This document shows, piece by piece, positions 24,929 to 32,000 of a stretch of DNA of 32,000 nt (within the stretch, counting starts at the first letter, position 1; each line of letters opens with the position of its first letter). A model generated the notes under the pieces. It searched no databases and was not told the DNA's origin. It saw nothing but the letters and a program-made list of their open reading frames with translations. The position numbers and the translations under genes are program-made. Source of the stretch: Candidatus Saccharimonas aalborgensis (GTDB taxonomy: Bacteria; Patescibacteriota; Saccharimonadia; Saccharimonadales; Saccharimonadaceae); contig NC_021219.1 of the NCBI RefSeq assembly GCF_000392435.1, positions 510,001 to 542,000 on the forward strand, read 5' to 3'.

Positions 24929-27900
24929 CTACGGTGTGCCACCACTACCTGGCGTATTTCTATCAGCTAAACCGTCTCTAATCTGGTCAGCATGAGCTCT
25001 AATCTGTTCTGATTCGTAATCACTCAAGAATCTTCCACCTACTTTACCGACAGAACCGTCTTTTGTGACTGACTGCTGTCCGGCAACATGGCGGGCCTTA
25101 CCATCAGCACCAACGTTAACTAAATCTCCTATATCAGAGTAGCCACCTGATCCGCTTGAGCTACTTGTTGCTGACGACGTTGCACTTGAGGGGACTGCAG
25201 GAGCAGGATTTGCAGGAGCAACTTTAGCACCGAGACTGGCATGGGGGATATTGAGTACGCCCGGGGTACCTACTGCAGCTCCGCCGGCTGCACCACTCGC
25301 TGGGGGTGCGCTAGGGCCAGGACTTGCGCCGCCTCCTGATGGAGGTGGGGGTGGTGCTTGATTTGGCATCGGCATTTGGCCAGCACCACTCCCAGAAGTC
25401 CCCGTAGCAGCCGCTGCCGCTCCGGCAGGGGTACTTGGGCCGTTCGTCCCTGCTACACCGCGCAGAACATTTCTTTTATTCTCATTAAGATTTTGCCAAA
25501 CATTGGGATTGTCCATCATACCCTGTGCTCGTGCTGCATCCAATCCCCCCGAGCTAACAGCAGCTTTAAGCTGGACTTCACTCTGACCCGCAAGCTCAGC
25601 ATCCGTAAGTCCGGAGTAGGTACCCGCAGCACCGTCAAAACTCGACAGCGTGCCCGACGAGTAGCTCCATGAGTTCACGGCGGCATCACGACTCTTTACA
25701 CCAGCCGCACTAAGGTCAGACATCAACTTTTGGACCGTTGTACTGCCTTTATCAAAGCCCTTTTTACCTTCAGCGTTCACAATGCCCTTATGGAGATTAT
25801 CCATTCCCTTCGCACCGCCCGCCAACAATATTGACTGGGCAGCCCTCGCACGTACGGTGTCTCCTTCGGCAATAGCTTTTTCATATACTTTTTGGGCCTC
25901 GTCTAGTTTTTGCTCTTCTTTCCATCCTTTTTGCATCCGTATCGCCTCATCGGCAACTTCCTTTTTCTCCATCTCGGCCGCCACACCGGCACCATGGGCT
26001 GAGAGTTTGCCACCATAATTCTTGCCAGTGAGTCTGTTGATACCCTTATAATATTTCGCACCCAGACCGTTCCCATGCCCACCGAGCGTCTGAGCTCGTT
26101 TGAGTTGTTGGTTACGCTGACGCTGCTGGCTCATAGCGCCAAGCATAGAGGTGTCGTTCCATTTCTTGCCAATGCGGCTATTTGCCTTGGAGCTGGCTTT
26201 GCTGAGCATAGCACCTACTGATCCGGCGGCTGCCAGTGCATTTTTGAGGAGAGGCAGGACAATGAGAAGCGGAATGGCAGAGACACCGAGCGCTCCAACT
26301 CCCAGCGCTGTTTTCGTGGCAGTCGCGTTTGCATCAGTCCCACTAACACCGTTTGCGGCAGCAGATAGTATCGTTGAGGCTAATTTGCTCGCGCCAAACA
26401 CTAACGCTACGATAGGAAATAGCAGGAGAAGTGTAGAAAATAACTTGTACCATTTTTTGAACAAATTCTCAGTATTCGGCAGTAGGTATGCGACAAATGC
26501 GAGCGGCGAGATGACGATGAGTAGTATGATAAGCGCTTGCCGACCAATGAGTATCAATACGGTCAAAGCAAGGGCGAGGAGTGCCGCGAGTACGACTGGG
26601 GTAGATACAGACAGGAGTAATGCGATTGCCGCAACTCCAAGACCAGTCATCCCCAGGATACCGCCGATCGTGTCGAGCCACTTATTCGATGAGGACGCTG
26701 CCGCTGCGGCTCCCGGGTCGGTTACGGTGACCGACAGTAGACTACTGAGGCTATATCCCAGCATATTACTGATATCGACAGCCAACTGGCATACATAATA
26801 CGAGACGTTGACAAGGATTGCCGCCACGATGAGCTTAGGAAGCATCTTCTTTATACCATAGTTTGTTATACCAATGCTCGATATCTGTGAGAATATGATA
26901 ATCAAAAAGGCAAGGACGAACGCTGCGTTTGCATAGTTGCGGAATTGCTGCCATGCAGTAAAGGTACCCCCGTTTTGGTCAGTTACCTCCTTGTTGACTA
27001 CGAGTGCCATACTAATGTAATTTTGTGCACCATCATTGACGGTTGCCATGAAATTCATTATGGGGCAGACGAGCCAGCCAATACTCTTGATGACACAAGT
27101 GGGTTTTGAGCCATTTGTGCTCCCGGCAGCATTTGGGTCTGATGCGTATTTTTGTCCATACTTACATGCGGTGTTCTCTGCGGCTTTTGTTGCGGGTGGA
27201 TAAGTGGTATCACAAAAAGCAGGGTCAGATTTATTTTTTAGTCCGTCTTCACACGCGGTCCTTTCTGCCTGAGATAACTTATACTTACTCGCACAGGTTT
27301 GAGCGGCGGTCGGGTCATTCTGGACGTAGGTAAGGTAATTGTTAGCATATTTGTCGGCGAGATTTGAAAGCGATTCACAGTTTTGCTGACCGCCCCCTTC
27401 GTTATCTATTTCACTTGAGTTTGATCCTGATATTGGAGCAAGAACAGGGATCTGCTTTCCTCTACCCAATTCAGTTCTATAGAATTTTTCAATTAGCTGG
27501 GTATTGTCATCACTTGGAGCGTGGATGATATAGCCAGTATCGCCCTTTTCCATTGTAGCTGGGTCGTATGTAGCCTCATTGGTCACCTTACAGGCAGTTT
27601 TAAATGACTTAATGAAATAGTTATACTTAACATACCCCTCTGGCGTAAATGGATTGGCGCCCACCTTTTGTTTAATGGTGTTAAAGAAATCGCGCTCATG
27701 CCCCTGTATTATCCAGTCACCATCGCCAGTTCTGCAGTCACTATTGTTCTCGCGTTTTACCCCGATATCGCAAATAAATTCTTTTCCAGATGTCCAGCCG
27801 AGAAATCCAAGTGCTTCTCTCATCTTTGATCCATCATTGCAGTTTCTCTCCCCACCCGGGTCAATGAATGTTCCGATTTGCGTGTCTTTTGATCTAAAAA

Positions 27901-28108
27901 AAACAAAATCATTAACACTCGAATCAGCCTTACCGCTCGCATAAGCAAGACACGAATAGACGTAACTGGCATATGCCCAGGCTTTACCCTTATCGTCTAT
28001 AGAGCTGCTTGTGTATGAAAGTGCAAAAAGTGAGGGGGCGGTGAGTATAGGAGTAAATAGGGTTATAATAACCCCTCCCAGTACAGTAAACAATCCAAAT
28101 CGTTTCAT
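24929..28108 (-). CDS. Giant VirB6/TrbL-like polytopic membrane protein, paralogue 1
   Basis: 1059 aa. It has a signal peptide and an N-terminal ectodomain of about 340 aa with 12 Cys. The multi-TM core contains RQALIILLIVISPLAFVAYLLPNTENLFKKWYKLFSTLLLLFPI (a TrbL/VirB6-like loop-helix pattern). The C-terminal tail of about 400 aa ends in a Pro/Ala/Gly/Ser low-complexity segment (about 25140-25460). Confidence 0.7.
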   Translation of the reverse strand: MKRFGLFTVLGGVIITLFTPILTAPSLFALSYTSSSIDDKGKAWAYASYVYSCLAYASGKADSSVNDFVFFRSKDTQIGTFIDPGGERNCNDGSKMREALGFLGWTSGKEFICDIGVKRENNSDCRTGDGDWIIQGHERDFFNTIKQKVGANPFTPEGYVKYNYFIKSFKTACKVTNEATYDPATMEKGDTGYIIHAPSDDNTQLIEKFYRTELGRGKQIPVLAPISGSNSSEIDNEGGGQQNCESLSNLADKYANNYLTYVQNDPTAAQTCASKYKLSQAERTACEDGLKNKSDPAFCDTTYPPATKAAENTACKYGQKYASDPNAAGSTNGSKPTCVIKSIGWLVCPIMNFMATVNDGAQNYISMALVVNKEVTDQNGGTFTAWQQFRNYANAAFVLAFLIIIFSQISSIGITNYGIKKMLPKLIVAAILVNVSYYVCQLAVDISNMLGYSLSSLLSVTVTDPGAAAAASSSNKWLDTIGGILGMTGLGVAAIALLLSVSTPVVLAALLALALTVLILIGRQALIILLIVISPLAFVAYLLPNTENLFKKWYKLFSTLLLLFPIVALVFGASKLASTILSAAANGVSGTDANATATKTALGVGALGVSAIPLLIVLPLLKNALAAAGSVGAMLSKASSKANSRIGKKWNDTSMLGAMSQQRQRNQQLKRAQTLGGHGNGLGAKYYKGINRLTGKNYGGKLSAHGAGVAAEMEKKEVADEAIRMQKGWKEEQKLDEAQKVYEKAIAEGDTVRARAAQSILLAGGAKGMDNLHKGIVNAEGKKGFDKGSTTVQKLMSDLSAAGVKSRDAAVNSWSYSSGTLSSFDGAAGTYSGLTDAELAGQSEVQLKAAVSSGGLDAARAQGMMDNPNVWQNLNENKRNVLRGVAGTNGPSTPAGAAAAATGTSGSGAGQMPMPNQAPPPPPSGGGASPGPSAPPASGAAGGAAVGTPGVLNIPHASLGAKVAPANPAPAVPSSATSSATSSSSGSGGYSDIGDLVNVGADGKARHVAGQQSVTKDGSVGKVGGRFLSDYESEQIRAHADQIRDGLADRNTPGSGGTP

Positions 28109-28156
28109 AGTGCCTATGATTATTTAATCATGTCTAGTATAAAAATACTATTGAAT

Positions 28157-28186
28157 CAAAAGTCCCCTTGATTAAGAGGACTTTTG
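28157..28186 (-). terminator. Hairpin downstream of the lipoprotein gene (possible terminator or processing site)
   Basis: CAAAAGTCC (28157-28165) pairs with GGACTTTTG (28178-28186), a 9-bp stem with a 12-nt loop. The U-run is inside the 3' arm rather than a separate tail, so termination efficiency is uncertain. Confidence 0.4.
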
Positions 28187-28210
28187 ACATGTATGACGAT
28201 AAGAACCTAA

Positions 28211-29092
28211 CTAACTGGGGGTATTGGGAAGTTTTTTAAATCCACTATTACCTTCGGGGGTTGTAGAATATAGCGTCCACTCAAATCCCTCTCCTCCACC
28301 GACTTTAGGAAATGATGTACCAATGACTTGCCATTGACTAACTGTGGTATCACCCTTGGCATTCAGGGTCTTCCGCCACTCATTAGCCGTATTATTAAAA
28401 CTAGATGATTCCTCTCCCCATGCTGTGCTGTACAAATACTCATCACTGCCACTACGGTCTTTGATATTACCACTGAAGTCTAACATTGCTTGCTTGGCGC
28501 GCAAGTATTCTTGAGAATCACAGGAAGAGTATACGATAGCGAGCATTCTTATTGCATCAAGTCGGTTCTCGGGGCGAACCGTGCCGTCGGGATTAGTGAG
28601 GATATGCCACGCTGTTGCCTCTTTATTGACCTTTTGAACAATAATCGATTGCGCATCGGAGCTACTTGAAGGGTTACCATAATTCGCAAACGGTACAAAT
28701 TTTTCACTAGTTAGTCTCATTAATTTAATTTGTTGCTCCGCATAGGGGCCATAAACACGAAACAGAAACTCGCCATAACGTTCTCGTTGCGGTCCTTTCA
28801 GATTCTCAAATGGTGAGATATCGTCGCTAGCATGGATATCTTTAATGAACTTCTGATCCTCTGCTGAGAGCGCTTTGTAGGCTTCGCTGTCAATTATTGT
28901 TTTTGGATTGAGCTTATCAACTGTCTGAGTAGTTTTCTCGGGGGTGCTCGCACCAGGCGTCTGTGAGGCGCTGGCGGTTGGGCGGTTGTCAGCCGAAACG
29001 GTTTCTGGACCACACGCAGTTGTGCCGAGGGCGACAGTGGTCGCAAGAGCGAAGCCAGCGCCGAGTCGTTCAAAAGTAGATCGTTTTACCAT
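28211..29092 (-). CDS. Lipoprotein (hypothetical) embedded between the two VirB6-like genes
   Basis: I chose the start at ATG 29092 (MVKRSTFERLGAGFALATTVALGTTAC). This gives a lipobox-type signal ending in Cys, followed by a Thr/Ser/Pro linker. SD AAGGAG at 29110-29105. The track start at 29146 lies inside the promoter. Confidence 0.75.
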   Translation of the reverse strand: MVKRSTFERLGAGFALATTVALGTTACGPETVSADNRPTASASQTPGASTPEKTTQTVDKLNPKTIIDSEAYKALSAEDQKFIKDIHASDDISPFENLKGPQRERYGEFLFRVYGPYAEQQIKLMRLTSEKFVPFANYGNPSSSSDAQSIIVQKVNKEATAWHILTNPDGTVRPENRLDAIRMLAIVYSSCDSQEYLRAKQAMLDFSGNIKDRSGSDEYLYSTAWGEESSSFNNTANEWRKTLNAKGDTTVSQWQVIGTSFPKVGGGEGFEWTLYSTTPEGNSGFKKLPNTPS

Positions 29093-29134
29093 GATAATGA
29101 GTTTCTCCTTATTGAAATTATCACGAATGTATAC

Positions 29135-29163
29135 ATTATACACCAAAGGTATGAAAATGTCAA
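29135..29163 (-). promoter_or_regulatory. Consensus sigma-70-type promoter for the lipoprotein gene
   Basis: On the minus strand: TTGACA (29163-29158), an exact 17-nt spacer, then TATAAT (29140-29135). It starts 22 nt after the upstream gene's stop and lies about 40 nt before the ATG at 29092. Confidence 0.65.
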
Positions 29164-29184
29164 TATACCATAAGCATCGGTGTG

Positions 29185-32000
29185 CTAAATGACGATACCG
29201 GCATCGCGCAGTGCTTTTGCCATGACCTCGCGAGACGACTCTGGTGTGTCGCGACCAACCGTCGGACTGGTGAGGATATCGCGCGTACCATTGAGCATAC
29301 CCGCAAAGTTCTTGTCGAACTTGTCGTCGAAGGTAGAGACAACTTTTTGGTAGCGCGGATCACTGGTACCACCATACATCCCCTCGAAGAGCTCAAACAT
29401 TGCGCTGCGGTGCCGGGCAAACTCGGCTTGGTCGGCGGGGTCAGCACTCCGCTTGAGTGAGCCAAGCTTGTACAAGATATCAAGTGCTTCAAAGTTGGCA
29501 CCTGCCAAGTTATCGGTCTTGATACGGCCCTCAAAGATCTGGCGCATCGCGTGCATATTTGTACTATCAATACCATTGAAGTTACCTTTGACAATTTCGT
29601 TGAAAGTAACGTCATTGATAAATGGTGCAAGGCGTTGGATGCCCGAACCGATCGCCTCACTCTTGACCGAGAGTCGATGGGCGTAGTTGACACCCTTGCG
29701 GTAGACAACATTGCCGGAGCTATCAAGTTTGACACTGCCGTCGGGGTTGGTGTCGACAACCTTTGACCCAGTTTCGTTGAGGATGGCCATCTTTTGAGCG
29801 TACGAGCCCTCTTTGAATTGGGTAACGATCGCCGCCTCTTTGACATATTCGTCACCAGCATCAAATTCGTGAACGTTGCCACTGTCGTCGACGGCCCGAA
29901 TAACTGTCCCCTTACCCTTTGCCGCAAGTGATTGGTATTGGCCGCTTTCGAGTTTAAAGTGTTTCATCAATTCACCAGCCGCAGCGGCTTGCTTGCCCCA
30001 CTCACTGCGTCCTTCAGAAATTGCACCAGCCAGGACATTGTCTTTGTGACCAATTCCGGTCGCATACTCATTGAGTGACCTGCCGTCAATAGCGCGGACC
30101 TGACCGCTAAAGATTGGCTTACCGTCAGCATCGCGGCGAATCACGCCGTGCTCGTCGCGCTGGTGGACTTGGCCATTGCTGAGTAGTTCGTCATTGATTT
30201 GGTTCTTGAGTCGGTGTTCGGCCTGAGATTTTCGGATAGCGGTGAGAGAGATTCCCTCGGCTGTCTCAAAGGCAGTGGCTGCGAGTTGCTGCATCGCAGG
30301 GGTGGCAATAGGTGCGTGGCCCACGCGCAGCTCATCGTAGGCCGCTTCAATTTGTTCGCCGGCAAGTTTGGCCCGATCGCCCGCCAAGCGGACACTCAGT
30401 TCCTTTTCAAGCTCTGATGCGTCTGTTTTTATCTTGACGTGCCAGTTTTCGTCCAAACTATGCTGGATACGCTGTTTATCCCGTTCAGTTTGGCGAGTGG
30501 CGGTATCAATGCGTCGACCTTCCATCGAGTCGTTAAAGAGGTTGTCATAGGTAGATTCGTTTACTTTTTTCCATGCTTCACGACGACGACGGTTATAGTT
30601 GACGTTACGTGTGGTACGATTTGCCCAGTTGTTACGACCCTTGCCGGCGAGTACGCGGGCTTTTTCTTGCTCGGCCCGCTCCTTTGCCCAGTTGCGAGTA
30701 CGATCCATAATGCCAGCTTTTGGATTATTGACCATACCGGCAATGCGCCCAAGGAGTGATCCGCTAAACTTAATGAGCATTGGTGTAATAGCAACCGGTG
30801 CTATCTGAACGGCCATACCGAGGATAATGAGGTTAAATGAGTCGGCGTTTTGTATGATGGCCATGCCGGCAAGTTGTGAGCCACCAAATATGACGGCAAA
30901 TATCGGGAACATCAGGAGCATTGTAGTGAGTAGCTCGCGCCATTTTGTGAAGTATTTTTCGGTATTTGGGAGGATGTAGGCGACAAATGCTAGCGGTGAG
31001 ACGATGATGAGAACAGTGATGAGTGCCTGTCGAGCTGCCATTACCAGGAGTGCGACGAGAACAGCCATCAATATCCCAACCAGGATCGGTATCAAGAGGT
31101 AGAGGGCGCCAGGGAGTGAACCGCCGAGGACGACAAACTTAGCGTAGAGTCCCAAGGCAGTGACCGCTGTTCCTCCTGAGAGGACAGCACTTGCAACACT
31201 TGACCAGCTGAGTGCAGTGATGTTGCCATAGTTTTCGGTAGTGCTCATGGCGTTGAAAATACCAAGGAACATATCGTGAATCGCATAGCCAAGATAATTT
31301 GAAACGTCTACTGCCAGTGCGCAGATCCAGTATGAGATGTTTACGAGAACGGCGGTGATAATGAGGCGAGGCAACATTTTTTTGATACCGTAGTTGCTGA
31401 TACCGACATTTGATATCTGAGAGTAAATAACAACCAGAAATGCGACGACGAAGAGAGCGTTGGCGATATCTCGTACGATTACCCACATCCTGTAGAGAGA
31501 GTTAGTAGTCGAGGTTTGGACTGGGCGGACGGTGAGAAATGACGACAACGCGTTATAGAGGTGGTCCATGCCGCTTGCTAAGAAATTGACGATCGGACAG
31601 ATAAACCAACCCAGGCCATTAGTGACTGATCCACTACAGGTGCTGGGGGTGGGAGAACTGGTGTTGTTTGTAATGCCGTTGACGATAGCAACGGCGACAG
31701 GTGGTGAAGGATTGCTATACTGGCCAGAATTGAAATCATACACAATGTACTGTGCGCTCGTTGCCTTGGTGGGATCTTGAGCTGTGTCAATGATAATCGC
31801 CTCACGTTTGTTGGTTTGAGGATTTTGGAATTCAAAGACGTGCGTTCCGACCGGTAATTGGCGGCTATCACCAGCTTGAATATCGGCAGTTTGGGTGAAA
31901 CTGCCGTTATTGTAGGTGATGGTGTTTCCGTTACGGACCGCATCGGCGGCGCTAACAGGGGCACTAAGCAAGAGATTGCAGGAAAAAACAGCCACAAGGA
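29185..32000 (-). CDS. Giant VirB6/TrbL-like polytopic membrane protein, paralogue 2; N-terminus runs off the window
   Basis: More than 936 aa. Its core aligns with paralogue 1: GWFICPIVNFLASG vs GWLVCPIMNFMATV; ISNYGIKKMLPRLIITAVLVNISYWICALAVDVSNYLGY vs ITNYGIKKMLPKLIVAAILVNVSYYVCQLAVDISNMLGY; RQALITVLIIVSPLAFVAYILPNTEKYFTKW vs RQALIILLIVISPLAFVAYLLPNTENLFKKW. The visible N-terminus ...VAVFSCNLLLSAPVSA/ADAV looks like the end of a signal peptide. The C-terminal domain is non-membrane and about 490 aa. Confidence 0.7.
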   Translation of the reverse strand, partial: LVAVFSCNLLLSAPVSAADAVRNGNTITYNNGSFTQTADIQAGDSRQLPVGTHVFEFQNPQTNKREAIIIDTAQDPTKATSAQYIVYDFNSGQYSNPSPPVAVAIVNGITNNTSSPTPSTCSGSVTNGLGWFICPIVNFLASGMDHLYNALSSFLTVRPVQTSTTNSLYRMWVIVRDIANALFVVAFLVVIYSQISNVGISNYGIKKMLPRLIITAVLVNISYWICALAVDVSNYLGYAIHDMFLGIFNAMSTTENYGNITALSWSSVASAVLSGGTAVTALGLYAKFVVLGGSLPGALYLLIPILVGILMAVLVALLVMAARQALITVLIIVSPLAFVAYILPNTEKYFTKWRELLTTMLLMFPIFAVIFGGSQLAGMAIIQNADSFNLIILGMAVQIAPVAITPMLIKFSGSLLGRIAGMVNNPKAGIMDRTRNWAKERAEQEKARVLAGKGRNNWANRTTRNVNYNRRRREAWKKVNESTYDNLFNDSMEGRRIDTATRQTERDKQRIQHSLDENWHVKIKTDASELEKELSVRLAGDRAKLAGEQIEAAYDELRVGHAPIATPAMQQLAATAFETAEGISLTAIRKSQAEHRLKNQINDELLSNGQVHQRDEHGVIRRDADGKPIFSGQVRAIDGRSLNEYATGIGHKDNVLAGAISEGRSEWGKQAAAAGELMKHFKLESGQYQSLAAKGKGTVIRAVDDSGNVHEFDAGDEYVKEAAIVTQFKEGSYAQKMAILNETGSKVVDTNPDGSVKLDSSGNVVYRKGVNYAHRLSVKSEAIGSGIQRLAPFINDVTFNEIVKGNFNGIDSTNMHAMRQIFEGRIKTDNLAGANFEALDILYKLGSLKRSADPADQAEFARHRSAMFELFEGMYGGTSDPRYQKVVSTFDDKFDKNFAGMLNGTRDILTSPTVGRDTPESSREVMAKALRDAGIVI

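Noticed and set aside
26151-26798. 215-aa plus-strand ORF antisense to VirB6-like paralogue 1, and similar ones at 25358-25672 and 25782-26018
   Set aside because: Its Ala/Ser/Pro-rich translation mirrors the GC-rich, low-complexity codons of the real minus-strand gene. This is a typical shadow ORF with no start context.
28109-28145. Promoter for VirB6-like paralogue 1 (TATACT at 28141-28136 on the minus strand)
   Set aside because: A -10-like hexamer is present, but there is no acceptable -35 at 16-18 nt, no extended TG and no clear SD before the ATG at 28108. That is too weak to list as a feature.
29093-29146. Longer track start for the lipoprotein gene at 29146
   Set aside because: The extra 18 codons (MVYNVYIRDNFNKEKLII) cover the -10 box and the SD. 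The ATG at 29092 yields a proper lipoprotein signal peptide.
29160-29927. 255-aa minus-strand ORF overlapping the end of VirB6-like paralogue 2 in another frame
   Set aside because: Its Arg/Ser/Thr-rich composition is typical of an off-frame translation. It is fully nested in a longer ORF that has paralogue support, and it would run through the lipoprotein promoter.
15003-32000. Calling the T4SS cluster an integrative conjugative element or other mobile element
   Set aside because: No integrase, relaxase, coupling protein, transposase, tRNA target or flanking direct repeats are visible in the window. Mobility cannot be supported from this sequence alone.
1-32000. Alternative genetic code (UGA recoding, as in some candidate-phyla lineages)
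   Set aside because: TGA terminates recF at 15039-15041 and the 213-aa ORF at 15632-15634 at sensible positions. All conserved genes are full length under code 11.
1-32000. CRISPR arrays, tRNA, rRNA or other structured RNA genes
   Set aside because: I saw no direct-repeat/spacer periodicity. The largest non-coding gaps (2634-2714, 6408-6539, 10991-11233, 12602-12874, 28109-28210) show no tRNA-like T-arm or anticodon-stem pattern. This was an eye scan only, so small ncRNAs could be missed.

Overview
Compact, almost fully coding bacterial chromosome segment with standard code 11 (TGA is a stop at recF, and all ORFs are intact). It spans the replication origin and has three blocks. (1) 1-8992: a cell-envelope glycan locus. 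It holds a TagGH/Wzm-Wzt-type ABC exporter, two GT4 glycosyltransferases, a GT2 polyprenyl-phosphate glycosyltransferase with a GtrA-family partner, a WecB-like epimerase, a small cytidylyltransferase and, unexpectedly, a sucCD-like pair. (2) 8989-15041: the classic origin neighbourhood, jag-yidC-rnpA-rpmH (minus) | oriC | dnaA-dnaN-recF (plus). DnaA boxes lie on both sides of dnaA, and a DnaA-trio-like CTA repeat lies just before dnaN. (3) 15003-32000: one long minus-strand, translationally coupled operon encoding a monoderm-type type IV secretion-like apparatus. Its parts are VirB4 (apparently split in two at a G6 tract), a PrgI/VirB3-like protein, two giant paralogous VirB6/TrbL-like proteins flanking a separately promoted lipoprotein, a polytopic membrane protein fused to a CHAP hydrolase, a lysozyme-like plus NlpC/P60 hydrolase, and three small bitopic membrane proteins. 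No relaxase, coupling ATPase, integrase, tRNA, rRNA, CRISPR array or transposase is visible. Gene content and compactness suggest a reduced, host-associated monoderm lineage such as Patescibacteria/Saccharibacteria, but this is inference only. All family calls rest on motifs read from the translations and on my own recognition of families; no database search was possible.
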